NCBI RefSeq assembly: GCF_000281045.1
Contig: NW_008246118.1
Span: 129,850 to 193,849, forward strand
Reading direction: 5' to 3'
Origin: Saprolegnia diclina VS20
Lineage: Eukaryota
DNA: 64,000 nt
The position numbers and the translations under genes were made by a program. The number at the start of each line of letters is the position of its first letter. Positions within the stretch are counted from its first letter, which is position 1. The notes below the pieces were generated by a model. That model was not told the DNA's origin, made no database searches, and saw nothing but the letters and a program-made list of their open reading frames with translations. Positions 20,709-33,131 of the stretch are shown one piece after another.

Positions 20709-23210
20709 CTAGGCAAACTTTTCCGAGTGGTAGTCGAAGTACGTGCCGCCGGTCTCGGGCTCGCTCGAGTATTTGTGGCACATGTCGCCGAGGACCTTGT
20801 CGAGCGCGTGGGGGCCGCAGAAGAAGACGCCAACCTCCTCGCCCTTGTGCTTGCGGCGCAGATCACGGAAGATGGCGTCCCAGTCGGGTCGTCCAAAGTG
20901 CGTCATCTGCTTGGACTTCATGCCAGAGATGACGTCCGTGCCGGTTTCCTTGTGCATGAAGCTTTGAAACATCTTGAGCGGCGCCGCACGCTGGTCATCG
21001 CTCTTGAGCGTACTCAAGTACTGGTGGATCTCGATGATGTTGTCGCGGTCCATGCGCGCAATGTCGTTCATCGTCTCTTGGAACCAGCCGAGCGACTCTT
21101 GGCCGCGCGTCGTCCAGTGAAAGTACATTTTCTGAATCTTGAACGACGACGGGTGGCGGACGCAGTGGCAGTTGCGGCACTTGTAGTCGTCCCAGAGGTG
21201 CACGACGTCCTTGAGAATCGACGCGAACGGCGTCACGCCAATGCCTCCGCCAATCATGACGATCGTCTTGAACCGGTGGTAGTCTTGGGTGGGAGCGCCG
21301 ACCGGCCCGTCGACGTACACGCTCGGATACGCCTTGGTGATCGCCGCCTTCTTGACGAGCTCGTGCAGCGCATGCGTCCAGTCGCCAGCGTCGCGAATGT
21401 GCACGCCGAGGTACTGGTCGCCCGGCGCCGACGAGATCGTAAACGGGTGCCACTCAAAGCCCGAGATGGTCGGCACGTTGAGGAAGATGTACATGCCGGG
21501 GCGGTACACGAAGCGCTTTGGCTTCTCAATGTACAAGGCGACCGTCCCGTCGTACATTTGCGCGCGCATGATCTTGAGCGGGACGGTGAAGAGCTTGGTG
21601 TACCGGAGCCGGCGCTCAACGAGGTAGATGAGGAAGGGCGGGAGGATCCAGTACTCGGCCTGGGCCTTGGAGAGCCACGACGTCGCACCGTGGAAGCAGC
21701 CAATGACGAGGAACGGTAAGAAGAGCATGTGCGAATACCAAAAAAGGTTGAACTTGCCTTGACGGAACCGGGGAATCGCGGCCAGCGGGAACGCCACGAG
21801 CGTGATCAAGAGCAGCACGACGCCCGTGAGCACCGGGAGCTGGACGAGCATGGTCGAGAAGGGCGGTAGCGTCCCGTTCGCAAAGAGGCTGCAGTTGCGC
21901 TGAACGAAGATCGACCGCGCAATCTCATCGGGCGTCGCGACAAGGTACAACATGATCTCGTTGGAGACGTGGGCGCCTGTGTGGACGAGGCCTGCGACGA
22001 GCAGCACCGAGCCCGTGATCTTGTGGAACGCAATGTTGTCGTCGAACGGGATGAGCTGCCAGAGGAGCGACGACCGCTTCATGACTTGGATGATGCTGCG
22101 GCACATGGGCAGCAGCACGAAGAGGAAGTTGAGCATGACGACTTGGGCGCAGCCGCGGGCGATCTGGAGGCCGTACCCGAGCGCCGGGTCAAACTTGTAG
22201 GCCGACCATTTGGCCACAAACGCGATTGCGTTCAAAAGAAAGTACAACATGAGCCAGAGAATGCGCAGCGAGTGCTTTTCCCAGATCGGCGCCAAGCCCG
22301 TCCGAGGCATGGGCACGACGTTGGTGCCGTAGGCCGCGACCTCGTCGTCGGCGTCAGCGTCGTTGGCGGCTTGGAGCAGCGGGAGAAAGACTGCGCGGAA
22401 CTGGTCGTAGCCCATGATGTCGTCGACGGCGTTGGCCTTCTCAAAGAGAACGCGCGCCATTTCGCTAAAGTTGGCACCGACCGCGTGGAGCTTGAACTGC
22501 GCAAAGTTGGCTTCGAGGAGGCGCGCGACCTGCGGCTGTGTGATGGCCTCCGTGTGGCCCGGATCAAAGAGCTCGAAAATGAACCGCAGCTTCTCTTCGA
22601 GGTCGAGGTCGAGCTCCATACAGGCGTCGACGAGCAGCGCCTTGGTGTCGATCGTGTCGACGCTTTCCATCATGGACACGTCGTCGTCGTCTTCCGTGTT
22701 TTGCATGGTCGCCATGTAGTCGTGGTAGCCAACGTCAAAGGTCGCTGTGAACGTCGCGCGGTCGACCATGCCGTTCTTGTCGGCGATGCCATTGAGCACG
22801 TCCTTCAGCGCCTGCAGCTTGTAGCGCGGGTCGGCCGGCGCCGCGTTCGTGCCACGCGCGCTGTCAAAGATGTTGCTCGACCGGTCTTCCATCATGGGCG
22901 TGCGCAAGGCGTCGCCGCCCCGCGTCGACGACATCTCGCTCATCGATGGCATGTACGACGACGCCATCGAGATGCGCGAGAGGCGCGTCGCGACCGCCGA
23001 CGACCGCAGCATCATGTCAACCTTGGAGCTGCGATGGCCTTTCCGGTGCAAGCTCACGCGGGCCTCGGGCCCGCCGATCGTGACCACGTTGTACTCGGGC
23101 GTTGTGAGGTGCGTATACGTGTGGTGGGCCGTCACGGGCCGCGGCTCCTTAACCTCGTCCTCGCCGATGAAGGAGAGGACGTTGGCGCCCTGGCGTGGCG
23201 GAGCCTGCAT
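20709..23210 (-). CDS. Ca2+-regulated NADPH oxidase (NOX5/Rboh-like ferric reductase family)
   Basis: EF-hand-like loops, TM heme His pairs (FHKITG..HTGAH; SHMLF..FHG), FAD motif HPFTISS, GGGIGVTPF, FFCGP and terminal HSEKF. Start codon uncertain (23210 preferred; the ORF is open to 23366). Confidence 0.93.
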   Translation of the reverse strand: MQAPPRQGANVLSFIGEDEVKEPRPVTAHHTYTHLTTPEYNVVTIGGPEARVSLHRKGHRSSKVDMMLRSSAVATRLSRISMASSYMPSMSEMSSTRGGDALRTPMMEDRSSNIFDSARGTNAAPADPRYKLQALKDVLNGIADKNGMVDRATFTATFDVGYHDYMATMQNTEDDDDVSMMESVDTIDTKALLVDACMELDLDLEEKLRFIFELFDPGHTEAITQPQVARLLEANFAQFKLHAVGANFSEMARVLFEKANAVDDIMGYDQFRAVFLPLLQAANDADADDEVAAYGTNVVPMPRTGLAPIWEKHSLRILWLMLYFLLNAIAFVAKWSAYKFDPALGYGLQIARGCAQVVMLNFLFVLLPMCRSIIQVMKRSSLLWQLIPFDDNIAFHKITGSVLLVAGLVHTGAHVSNEIMLYLVATPDEIARSIFVQRNCSLFANGTLPPFSTMLVQLPVLTGVVLLLITLVAFPLAAIPRFRQGKFNLFWYSHMLFLPFLVIGCFHGATSWLSKAQAEYWILPPFLIYLVERRLRYTKLFTVPLKIMRAQMYDGTVALYIEKPKRFVYRPGMYIFLNVPTISGFEWHPFTISSAPGDQYLGVHIRDAGDWTHALHELVKKAAITKAYPSVYVDGPVGAPTQDYHRFKTIVMIGGGIGVTPFASILKDVVHLWDDYKCRNCHCVRHPSSFKIQKMYFHWTTRGQESLGWFQETMNDIARMDRDNIIEIHQYLSTLKSDDQRAAPLKMFQSFMHKETGTDVISGMKSKQMTHFGRPDWDAIFRDLRRKHKGEEVGVFFCGPHALDKVLGDMCHKYSSEPETGGTYFDYHSEKFA

Positions 23211-24728
23211 TATGAAGAATGGCCGGCGAGGAGGCAGCGTCGGCTCTGGGCGCATGGTTCTGCTGCCCGTGTCTCGCTGATATTTCAGGCCCGACTCTCC
23301 CTCCAAATGCGATTGTCGCCGTTGTACATACGGACTGGCTCTACGAATATTGGGAATATGGGCCAATATTCAATAAATGCGTCGTGTTGTAAGGGAGTCT
23401 CTCGGCGGCGGCTGTTACGTTCCCGTGATCATGCTGGCAAAGTCGACCGTGGGACAGGACGAATGGAAGGCATTACATCTACCAACCTCTCGGCGCGGTG
23501 ACGCGGCAACCGCCCAAGTGGAGACCGGAGGGACATGGCCTCCATCCCAATCAACCGAGCACGTGGCGTTCCACGCTCGCGCCGCAAGGAAAAGAGCAAA
23601 TGCATCGAACGAGCAGTGTAAAGAGACGAGGTGGACGCATGAGGTTGACAGCATTCGCTTCATGGACGCGGCGGGAGATTGGCGGAAGTGATGTGTATAT
23701 GCCATCGATCAGCGTGGCGACCGTCGGGCAAGGCTATCACGGGCAAGCCCCGAGGATCGGCGACCTGAACGACATGCTGCTCGTGGACTGAACGAAGCGC
23801 CGAGCAATGTGCCATTCGAAGGCCGTTGGCTTCAATCGCAGCACGCCCAGTGAGAATGACATTACGCACACGTCGTGTCGTTGGGAGAGTAGCGACTAAC
23901 TAGCTGACTAATGTAAGCGAATGTAGAGAAAGATGCGACTCGCACAGCCGATCTGGTCGAGCCTTCCATTCGAGATGGCCAAGGGTTGGTGGCTCTAGTT
24001 GTTAGCGCGGTCCTGTGGTGGGCTGATGAAACAAGGGGTCCTTACGATGTCCTACGGTGCACGGCAACCGCTTATGGACGCGCATATTACGTCGTCGACA
24101 CGTGTGGGACGATGACTGGACCGTGCTTGTACATGTACGAGCCAATCACGCGTTGGCAAGTTTGCTGTGAGGGGCATCATCTGAAAATCTGGATGGCAAA
24201 TTCAAGGAGTTTTAGTAGACAACTTGTGCACGGTAGCGACAATTTTCGCACACGTGATCATCGCCAGGTTGTTCTAATAATTCGAGATGATGGCTATCCA
24301 TGGTAACCATCCATTATGGCGTGGACTGTACCTCGTAGGAAGGACACATTTGGACGCGTTGGCTTCTGGACGCAGTCGCGTCTTTCACACCCCGCGTGTC
24401 TTTTCGCGTGTCACGCTGACTCTGCCGGCGAGATCTGCGCGTGAGCCAGTGCCATCTCAGCAGTCCGCGCTTCAGCTGGATGCTCAAGCTGGATACTTGT
24501 CCCGCCACGTTCTGAAAGCCTCGGTCCGCAAGGCTGACGCCGAATGCCCTCTAGTCTGTCGTTTAGTAGGTATTTAGTACATTCCCATCCACACCGAGTG
24601 CCTTGTATTGGACTTGCAGCCGTGACTTTGCACTTCCAAGGACTCGACCGCGTCTCGTGGTGCCACGTCATAACGGCCGGAACGCTATCTTTGGCGCGTT
24701 TTCCAGCTCGGAGCTATCGCGTCGGACG

Positions 24729-27700
24729 ATGCGCGACGACTTTTACTCGGGCTTTCTACTCCGCGGCCATGCACCGCGCGCCAAGTCGACCAAGGATATC
24801 AACGCGCAGTACAACGACCCGTCGCTCCTCGAGATGCTCGGCGTCAAGTTTGCGGCGCCATCGGCCCCCGAACTGCACTTGGCGCCGATGCGGCTCTTCT
24901 TTGTGCTAACGCCATCTCGGATGGACTACTACCTCGTGGACCCGCGCCCCAAGTTTAAACTCCCGATCAGCGGGTCGTTTGCATTCAACCGGTCAACCGA
25001 GGTCGCACTGTGCAGCGAAATGTGGCCTGGCCTGCCGCCCCACACGTTTTGCATCACGTACAACGCTCCTTAATGTCTCCATTATCCTGCATCGCGCATA
25101 GGACCGACGGGCAGAGCTTGGTGCTCACGGCCAAGAGCCACGCCGACATGAGCGCTTGGCTCACGCATCTTCAGGCGACGCTCGCGCAGTTTCCGTTTGT
25201 GCTGCGCAGCATTTTGCTGAAAAAGTCGGACAAGTACCCGTGGAAGCCGTGGACGAAGCGCCACGTGGAGCTCGGCGAGACGTGTGTAAGCTACGCCACC
25301 GCAGCGCCGGGCGCGAAATTCGTGCGCAATCACGTTCGCCTGACTGCGCACGCGTACTTGCAGGACCTCCCGCCGACCAAAGTGCACGCCTTTGTCTTTG
25401 GGATCGCGACGGCCCACACGACGCTGACGTTCGCTGCCGAGACCGACGAAGAGAAGCAGCAGTGGATGACCGAGCTCGAAGTGCGCATCTTGCGCCACAA
25501 GGTTCTCCAGCACCGGCACCTAAAGGCATCCGAGTTTGCCGGCTACGTGGTCGGACAAGTTGTCTCGCGTTGCAAAACCAACCAACTAAACATGTAGGAC
25601 GTGCGCAGCGCCGCGACCAAACACTGGCGTCGACTCTACTGTACGCTGCAGAACGGCGTCGTCATCCTCAAGGCGAATGAGAAACGTATGGGCGCCAAGA
25701 GCAAGATCTACCTCGAGATGATCCTCAAGGTCCTGCCGTCGACACCGACGGCCCGCGCTCATGCTTTTACGATCCAGCGGTAAACAACCACATATTGTCT
25801 ATCGTACATTGACTGAATGCAAAAATTAGATTTGGTGCGCCCGACGTGTACGTCGCAGCATTCAGCGCGACCGAGAAGGACACGTGGCTTCGGCGCTTGG
25901 CAACGGCGCGGTCCGACGCCAAAGACGCGCCGTCTTTGGCGTTTGAGCGCGACATACACGCGCTGCTGCAGACAACGGGGTACGTGCACGTGACGGTGCA
26001 CGCCCACGAGCGCCTCGAGCTCCTGCTCGAGCAGTGGCACGAGCGCATCGTCACCTGCAACACCTTGGACCACGTGCCCCGGGGCAGGTACATTCAAGTG
26101 CAGTTTGTCCTGCGGGCTGTTATCAAACGATGCAACATAGTGTCCTCGTGCGGCTCAAGGACGAGAGCGGCAAGCACCAAGCGTTCGATGTCATGTGGCA
26201 TGCGCTGCGCACCAAGTCCCGGCCTGTGAAGCTCACGTTCCGCGTGCCGATTTGCAAAGACGGTATTTTGCGCGTCCATACATCGACGCCCGTCTCGGTA
26301 CTGCATCTCGTCGGAGAACGCGTAGCAATATTCTACAATGTAGCAATGGGTGCCCCGGCGCTGCCGCGTCGCCGACGGCAACTGGACTGTCGACGCGCTC
26401 GCGCCAGCCGACGCTTCGTCGTTACCGCTGATCGCGTGGCCGCTCCGCGCATGTTCCGTCAACTTGGTTCACGACTACAATGCTCATTTCGAGGACGACG
26501 TGCCCAACTGCTTTTACATCGAGTACACGCCCTTGCCACCGACTCGTGCGCTCGTCGCGGGGGCGCCGACGGCGCTGCCGTCAACGACGCTGCTCGTGAG
26601 CGCCGCGTCCGCCGCCGACTGTGTGCTCTGGCTCGCGATTCTGCGCTTGGAGATCGGCATTGCGCGCGGTGACCCGACGCTAACACCGTCGGCTCCGACG
26701 CGCACGGAGCGCCGGCGACAGTCGCTGCTTGACCAGACCAAGAAGGTCGCCGAGCTGCTCTATGGCGTGGACCACCGACCCAAGGTGCCCGAGCGGGCAT
26801 CGACCGAGTCGCTCCCACCACCAGCGCCAACTGAGCCCGAGGTTGACACGAGCGGGCGCGGCAAAGCTGGCTCGGACAATGAGGACGACGACGACGACGA
26901 TGACGACGATGGTCCCAGCCTCGGGGAGAAGGTCGCGCGCGCCTTGGTCACCGTGCCTCTCCAGTACATGGCTGAAACCAAAGAGAAGATGACGGAGCTT
27001 CTGGCGACAAGGCTGGCTGCCAAGAAGGCCCAGCTCTTGGCAACGCAAGAGGTCCAGGACCTCGTCGCGTTTTCGCACAAGGTGCAAGTTCGCGTCGCGC
27101 CGCTCGCCAAGTCGGTGCGGCAGCAGTCCCGCCGCGTCTCGCGCTCGTGTGTGCGTCAACTGGTGGAGCTCAAGGACGCGATGCGCGTGCCAGACCCGAC
27201 GACCAACCCGCGCTTTGATGGGACGAAGCGGTACCTTCAAGCCTCGGTGCGGGGCACGTCGGCAAAGCACATTGAAGCGTCGACACGCAAGAAGACGGAC
27301 CGCTTCGAAGCGGCCCAAGTGGTCATTCAACAGTTTCTCCAACAGACAACCTGCGGCGAGCCCACGACGCCAGGAACCAACGCCGTGAGTGAGAGCGCGC
27401 CGCTTGCGATGGAGACAGCGCGTCGGTTCTTTGACCAAGTCGCGAGCCAGCACGGCAAGGTGCGAGGACTCGGTGGCGAATACAATGTAACGCGAATGTA
27501 GGATAAAGCGCCGTACTTGCAGCTCTTGGACCTCCTCCGACTGCTCTGTGGTCGCGCCTCGACGCCGACAAGCGCTGTCGACTCGTTTGAAGCCGAGATC
27601 GACCGGCTCGAGAGCGTGCACGAGATCACGTACTCGCTCCCAAAGCTCCGGTTCCTGCAGATCGCGACCGAGACCATCCGAGACCCCGAGCTCATCGACA

Positions 27701-27741
27701 CCATCGAGTGGTACGCCCGAGGTCACATGCTCTACATGTAA
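24729..27741 (+). CDS. Multi-PH-domain protein (about 4 PH-like domains) with uncharacterised helical C-terminus, spliced
   Basis: Repeated PH ends: LTAKSHADMSAWL, FAAETDEEKQQWM, AAFSATEKDTWL, SAASAADCVLWL. Short introns separate exons. Confidence 0.8.
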
Positions 27742-28211
27742 AAGCAGACGTGAATCAGACGTTGGAGTCTACTTGAAATATGGGAATCTTCTCCAACCCT
27801 TTTCAATGCAGAGACGACCGTCATCGACTTCTGCCCTCGCTCAGGCCAAGAAGCAAGTAGCAGCCTATATCTTTGCCGACTCCAAAATGATTTCTTTACA
27901 GCAGGATATAGGAGCATCCACGTATACTGAGACCCGGTCTCACACCACTGGTGATGAGCTGTCAAATCGACTAGGGCTTGGGGACGGGTGAGGTGGAGTC
28001 TTTGGAGTGTGCAACTGGAAGGCTCCTCCGTGCCGCAAGCCAACGCAGTGGTGCACTAGACGCCGACTTGGTCCTGGTTACCTGCGCTAGCATCGTCACG
28101 TGGTGGTGGCGGCGACAGCACTCACTGTCGACGAAATTCCTCTTGCAGTTTGTATGGCCAACGACGTTACCACGTTAAGTTCGAGATCATTTGATAAGTT
28201 CGATTGCTGCC

Positions 28212-29520
28212 ATGAGCTCGACGCCGGAGACAAGCGCGTTGGCTGTGGCGCCGCCAGCCCCGCGCGTGGCGCGCGTCGTGGAAGAGACGATCCCCAAGCC
28301 GGTTGAGGCGCACGACGAGAGCGAGACGAAGGAGCTACCGCTGACAGAGTGCGTCGAGTTCCGGCCCGACGACGAGGTGCGCTGCCATTCTCGCGCATCG
28401 CTGCTTGCTCATGGCACCGCGGATAGGAGATCTACCATGTGGGCACGGCCGGCCTCAAGGCGCGCGTGCTCGACGGTCTCGAGGCCATGGTCCAGCTGCG
28501 CGTACGCAGCGTCGGCTTGCGTGCGTCGACGTCATGTTGTCGTAGGAGCTGCACGTGCGGTCCAACTTGCTCTACAAGATGACGGGCATCGAGTCGCTCG
28601 TGAACCTCACGCATCTCGAGCTGTACGACAACCAGATCAAGAAGATGGTGGGTCTCGAGAAGCTCGTCAAGTTGCGCGGTACGACGACCTTTGCACCTGA
28701 CCTCGATCGTCACCAGGCATCTGGCCTCATAGTGCTCGACCTCTCGTTCAACGAGATCCGGTCCATCCCCGACCTTAGCCACTTGACGCAGCTGGAGGAG
28801 CTGTACGTGGCCAACAACAAGCTCACGCACATCACCGGCATTGCCAACCTGCGCACGCTCGTCAAGCTCGACCTCGGCGCCAACCGCATCCGCACGATCG
28901 AAGGCCTCGAGGGCCTCGAGAACCTCGAGCAGCTCTGGCTCGGAAAGAACAAGATCACGGCGATTCAGGTACACGAGCACGGACGCGTCTGCTGCTGATC
29001 GGGACGTAGGGCCTCGATGCGCTCGCCAAGCTCCGCGTCATGAGCATCCAGAGCAACCGGCTGCTCGCGATCGACAACTTGAGCGCCAACGTCGCTCTCG
29101 AAGAGCTCTATCTGAGCCACAATGGTATCGAGGCGCTCGCGAACCTTGGTCATCTCGTACGCATCTTTGCTGTCATGCGATGCCACAGAGCACTGCGTAG
29201 ACCAAGCTCACGATCCTCGACGTGGGCGCCAACCGCATCAAGAGCATCCCGCCCATGGGTGCGAACGTGGCCCTCGAAGACCTCTGGCTCAACGACAACG
29301 AGATCAGCTCGTTTGACGACATTCAGCACTTGGCGTCCAACTCCAAGCTCGAGACACTCTACCTCGAGCGCAACCCGCTCGCATCGTACGACCTACGACG
29401 CGCCGTCGGACTCGACACGAGAGTATGCGTAGGGACTTTGAGTACCGTCTCAAGATCCAAGGTGCGCTCGCCAGTGTGCAGCAAATCGACGCGACGCCGG
29501 TGGTGCGCCGCCAAGGGTGA
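28212..29520 (+). CDS. SDS22: Protein phosphatase 1 regulatory subunit 7 (SDS22) LRR protein, multi-exon
   Basis: LELYDNQIKKM, LDLSFNEIRSI, LYVANNKL, LDLGANRIRTI, LWLGKNKI, LSIQSNR-like, LYLSHNGI, LYLERNP and LRR cap YRLKI..QIDAT. Confidence 0.93.
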
Positions 29521-29790
29521 TCGAAGTGGCGACATCAACCAAGGGGATAAGACACCATTCTTAGTACATGTCCTTGCCATTACGCAGTATTCGATGCAGT
29601 TGGTTGCATGTATATAGTAGAGAGATCGTCGTACCATGATGGGGTACTTTGCTCTTCTTGCGCTTCGTCCAAGCGAGCGCAGCGAATGTGCAAAGTGGTG
29701 GAGGCGGTACATGGACTGTACCGTTTGATTTCGTATTTTTGAAAAAGACGGTATATATACAGCCATTAAACGGAATTTTGAATTGGCACA

Positions 29791-30893
29791 ATGGAGCTAA
29801 AACGGCTGACGACCACCGTCGACGATGCCGAGGTGCGCCTGCGGGACCTCGTGGCCTCGCGGACGACAGCGGACGCCGCCGAAGAGGCCCGCGTTGCCCA
29901 ACGCGCTGCACTCCATGCGCTGCTACGCCTTCTTGACGACGACATTGGTATCAAGATGGACAAGTTTATGGAGCGGCTGGCGTGGGCCGACCCAGTGACA
30001 AACGAGCCACGGTACGGCCCGGTCATGCAAGACAAGGTCGCCGCACGAGCATGTTTCGATCGGTCCTCTGATGTCGGCGTTAGATCCGAGCAGTGCATGC
30101 GCGCGTCGAAGCGCTACGCGGGCAACTGGTCGAGATCCGCGACGACGTCGAGACCGATGGCGTCGCGATGGCCGAGCGCCTCGAGCAGCGCCGCCTCGAC
30201 GAGCAGCGCCGCGCCGACGAGGCAGCTCGCGAAGCCCTCGACGCTGCGGCGAAGGCGGCTGCGCTCGCCCACGAGGCCGAACAAGAGCGCATCCAAGCCG
30301 AGGCTGCGGCCAAGGCGCGCGAGGTCGAGCGCCTCGCGATCGCTGCTCAAAAGGTTCGCGACGAGCGCGCGCGCAAGGCGGCCGAGGAGGAGGCGCGGAT
30401 CGAAGCGGAGCGGGCGGCGCTTGCCGCGCTGCAGAAGCGCGTTGTCGTCGGTCTCGACGGTCTCACGCCTGCGTTGGCGACGCTGCATGCCCACATTCGG
30501 GAGCTGCCGAACGCGAGTGCACAATGGCGCCAGACGCTAAGCACGCTGCATGTGTTTCTCCAGCACATTTGCAGCGCGCCGGACAATGCTGTGTTTCGCC
30601 AGATCAAAGAGTCGAACCCGTTCTTCATGGCCGACGTCGGGCAGTTTCCTGGCGGCCGCGACGCGCTCCTTGCGATGGGCTTTGCCCTCGTCCAGCAAGA
30701 CGGTGTCGGCGTCTACCTCATGGAAGTACGCAGCACAACGACTATGGACGCGGCTATAACTACTCGTGACTAGGAGCCCGACCTCGCTGCCGACATGGAC
30801 AAGTGGAGCGACTGGTTTGATGCACTCAAGAGCATGCGCGACTTTGTCGAGACTTTGCTAGCGCAGCCGCTCCCGTCGGTATTTCCATACTAA
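29791..30893 (+). CDS. PUB-domain coiled-coil protein, 2 introns
   Basis: TLHVFLQHICSAPDNAVFRQIKESNPFF..VGQFPGGRDALLAMGF is a PUB signature. Last exon EPDLAADMDKWSDWFD ends at TAA 30891-30893. Confidence 0.85.
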
Positions 30894-30950
30894 TATGTTG
30901 CTCCAGTCGGTCCGTCGGTATTTCCGTACTAATATGTTGCTCCAGTCGGT
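30873..30950 (+). repeat. 39-bp tandem duplication (2 copies, 1 mismatch)
   Basis: ccgtcggtatttccatactaatatgttgctccagtcggt followed by ccgtcggtatttccgtactaatatgttgctccagtcggt. Confidence 0.9.
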
Positions 30951-31132
30951 ATCGAACCACGGGCTGATCGGCTTCACGCGACTGACGCAGTCGAGAGGTT
31001 CGAAGGACAAGTGCGAGCTCGGCTGCCAAGGGTAGAGCCGTATTGGCTTGGTTCCACCACGCAGCACACGGTCACATGTGCTCCCCGAATGGGTATACCA
31101 AGCATTTTGCACACAACGAGTCGGACCTTAGC

Positions 31133-32629
31133 TTATATACGAAACCCGCCGGCCGGGAGGAGGTCGATGTTCTTGGCCTTCATCGCTTGCTTGAGTGGGA
31201 AGGTATTCTTGACGCCTCTGGCTTCGGCGGCCGCAAGCACCTGTGACGCGTACTGCGTATAGAGCTCTTGCTCGGTCGACTGGGAGATCTTGATGGTTTC
31301 TTCGGCCAAAATCTGCGCCGCCCGCTCCTCCTAGCATAGCAATTACGCTATGTGGCATGGTGTAGGTAGCGGGAGGTACCATGTCGAGGCTCCGCTTGGC
31401 GTGCGCCTGCGTCTGCTGCAGCGCTGCGAGCTTCATGTTGTCCAGTCGGCGCTCGTTCTCTTCGTGAACCAACGCTTGCTCGACACTGCGGTTGTACTCG
31501 GCCCACTGCATCATTTGCTCTTTTGCGGCCGCGCGCTCCTCCTCTTTGGCCCGCGCCTTCTCGCTCAGCTGGTGCGCGCGGCTGTGGTCGATGGCGCGCT
31601 TCTGCGCAGCGCGGCGGTCGGCTCGGTGCTTGAGCTCCGTGTCTTCCTTGAGTCGCACCTCCTTCTTCTGGTTTTCGAGCCGCGCCTCGGACTTTTGCTC
31701 GACCTTGAGCAAGTTCGCCGTCGCCTACAAGGATCTTTCGAGAGGTCTATCGTGAAATTTAAGAAACGTACGAGGTCGATCATCCGCATCTTTTGCGCCG
31801 TCTTGCGCTCCTCTTTTTGGCGCTGCAACGCCTCGCGCTTGGCGACTCGCGCCTCCTTCTTCTGCGCGTCTTCTTCGCGCTTGAGGTCCTCTTGGTACTC
31901 GAGCTCCTTTTCCCGCGCCCGCAATGCCTTGAGGCGCTCGTTGGCGAGTCGCGTGTCTTCGGAAGCTTGTTTCGACTTGCGCTTCCGCGCCGCCTCGGCC
32001 TCGTCTTCGTCGCGGTTGTCCTGCTCGGCCTTGGCCTTGATCCGCTCGCCGTCTCGCTTTTCTTCGCGGAGCGTCGCGATAAAGTTGGTTTTGTACTCGT
32101 CGAGCTGGGTCTTCTGGATGGCCGCCAGCGCGAGCGACTGGGCGTGGCGCCGGGCCTCGTCGGCCGCCTTCTTGGCGTCCGCGTCTGCGAGCTGCGTGCG
32201 CTCGAGCGCGATCCATTGGTCTTCGACGCGCTTGTCCATGGCAGCGAGCGCCGCTTTCTCAGCGAGTTGAAACTCACGGTCGGCGAGCACATCATTGAGC
32301 AGCTCTTTCGACCGCAGCGTCTTCATCTTGTCGGTTTGCTCGTACAAGAGCCGGTTGGCGCGCTCGATCTGGCGCGTCCGCGCTTCTATCTGAAGGCGCG
32401 CCTCTTCCATGTCGACCTTGCGGCGCTCGTCCTCTTCGCGGTCTTCCTTGTCCTTTTTCCAGTTCTCCTTCTTGCGCCGCATGGCCTCGAGCGTGTTGGG
32501 CCACTTGTTGGTGCGCGTCTGAGAGAGCTCGCGCAGCTGCGCGCGCTTCGCCTCGCGGTTGGTCACCTCGGGCTCGGACACATTGCGCAGGATCCGCGCC
32601 AGGTCCGCCTCCGTGATCGTCACCGGCAT
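31133..32629 (-). CDS. CFAP210: CFAP210/CCDC173-like trichoplein-homology flagellar coiled-coil protein, 2 introns
   Basis: KWPNTLEAMRRKK..EEDERRKVDMEEA..IERANRLLYEQTDKMKTLRSKELLNDVLADREFQ pattern; E/K/R-rich coiled coil. Confidence 0.75.
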
Positions 32630-33131
32630 CGCGGTTGTGCGAGTGACCTAAAATTAGCGATCTAAAGTGGATTCGCGCAAGGCCATTGGCGCAAACGCTC
32701 CGTCCTGGGCCAATCGGACGGCAACGTGACTGAAATGACGCTGTATTTTGACCAATCCACGGGCACGTAGGCGTTTCGAGCATCGACCTGCACATGCTGG
32801 ACCGTCCCTGCCAGGCAACGTATTAGCTATAGTGGCTGAACGCTCGATTCTCGACTACGACGTGACTCCTCTTTGTTCAACAACTACGGTAGCTGCGACT
32901 ACTCCTGCGACTAGATCCATAGGCCAAAATATTCTAGTAGCATGCTGCTTGACGACACCATGTCACCATGAGCAAAGGTGCTTCCGTAGCGACGGTGTAC
33001 GCTAGCCAGGGCAAAAGGCATTTGATGGCTGGACTGCTGCTACCAACATGTGATACATCATGAACGTATTTGGCGGTCGACGGATTTAGTGTTGACCGTA
33101 GCCCGTTTCAGCTTGAAAGTTGCATGCGACG

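Noticed and set aside
30873..30950. 39-bp repeat as CRISPR-like array
   Set aside because: Two adjacent copies without a spacer, in a eukaryotic context with no cas genes.
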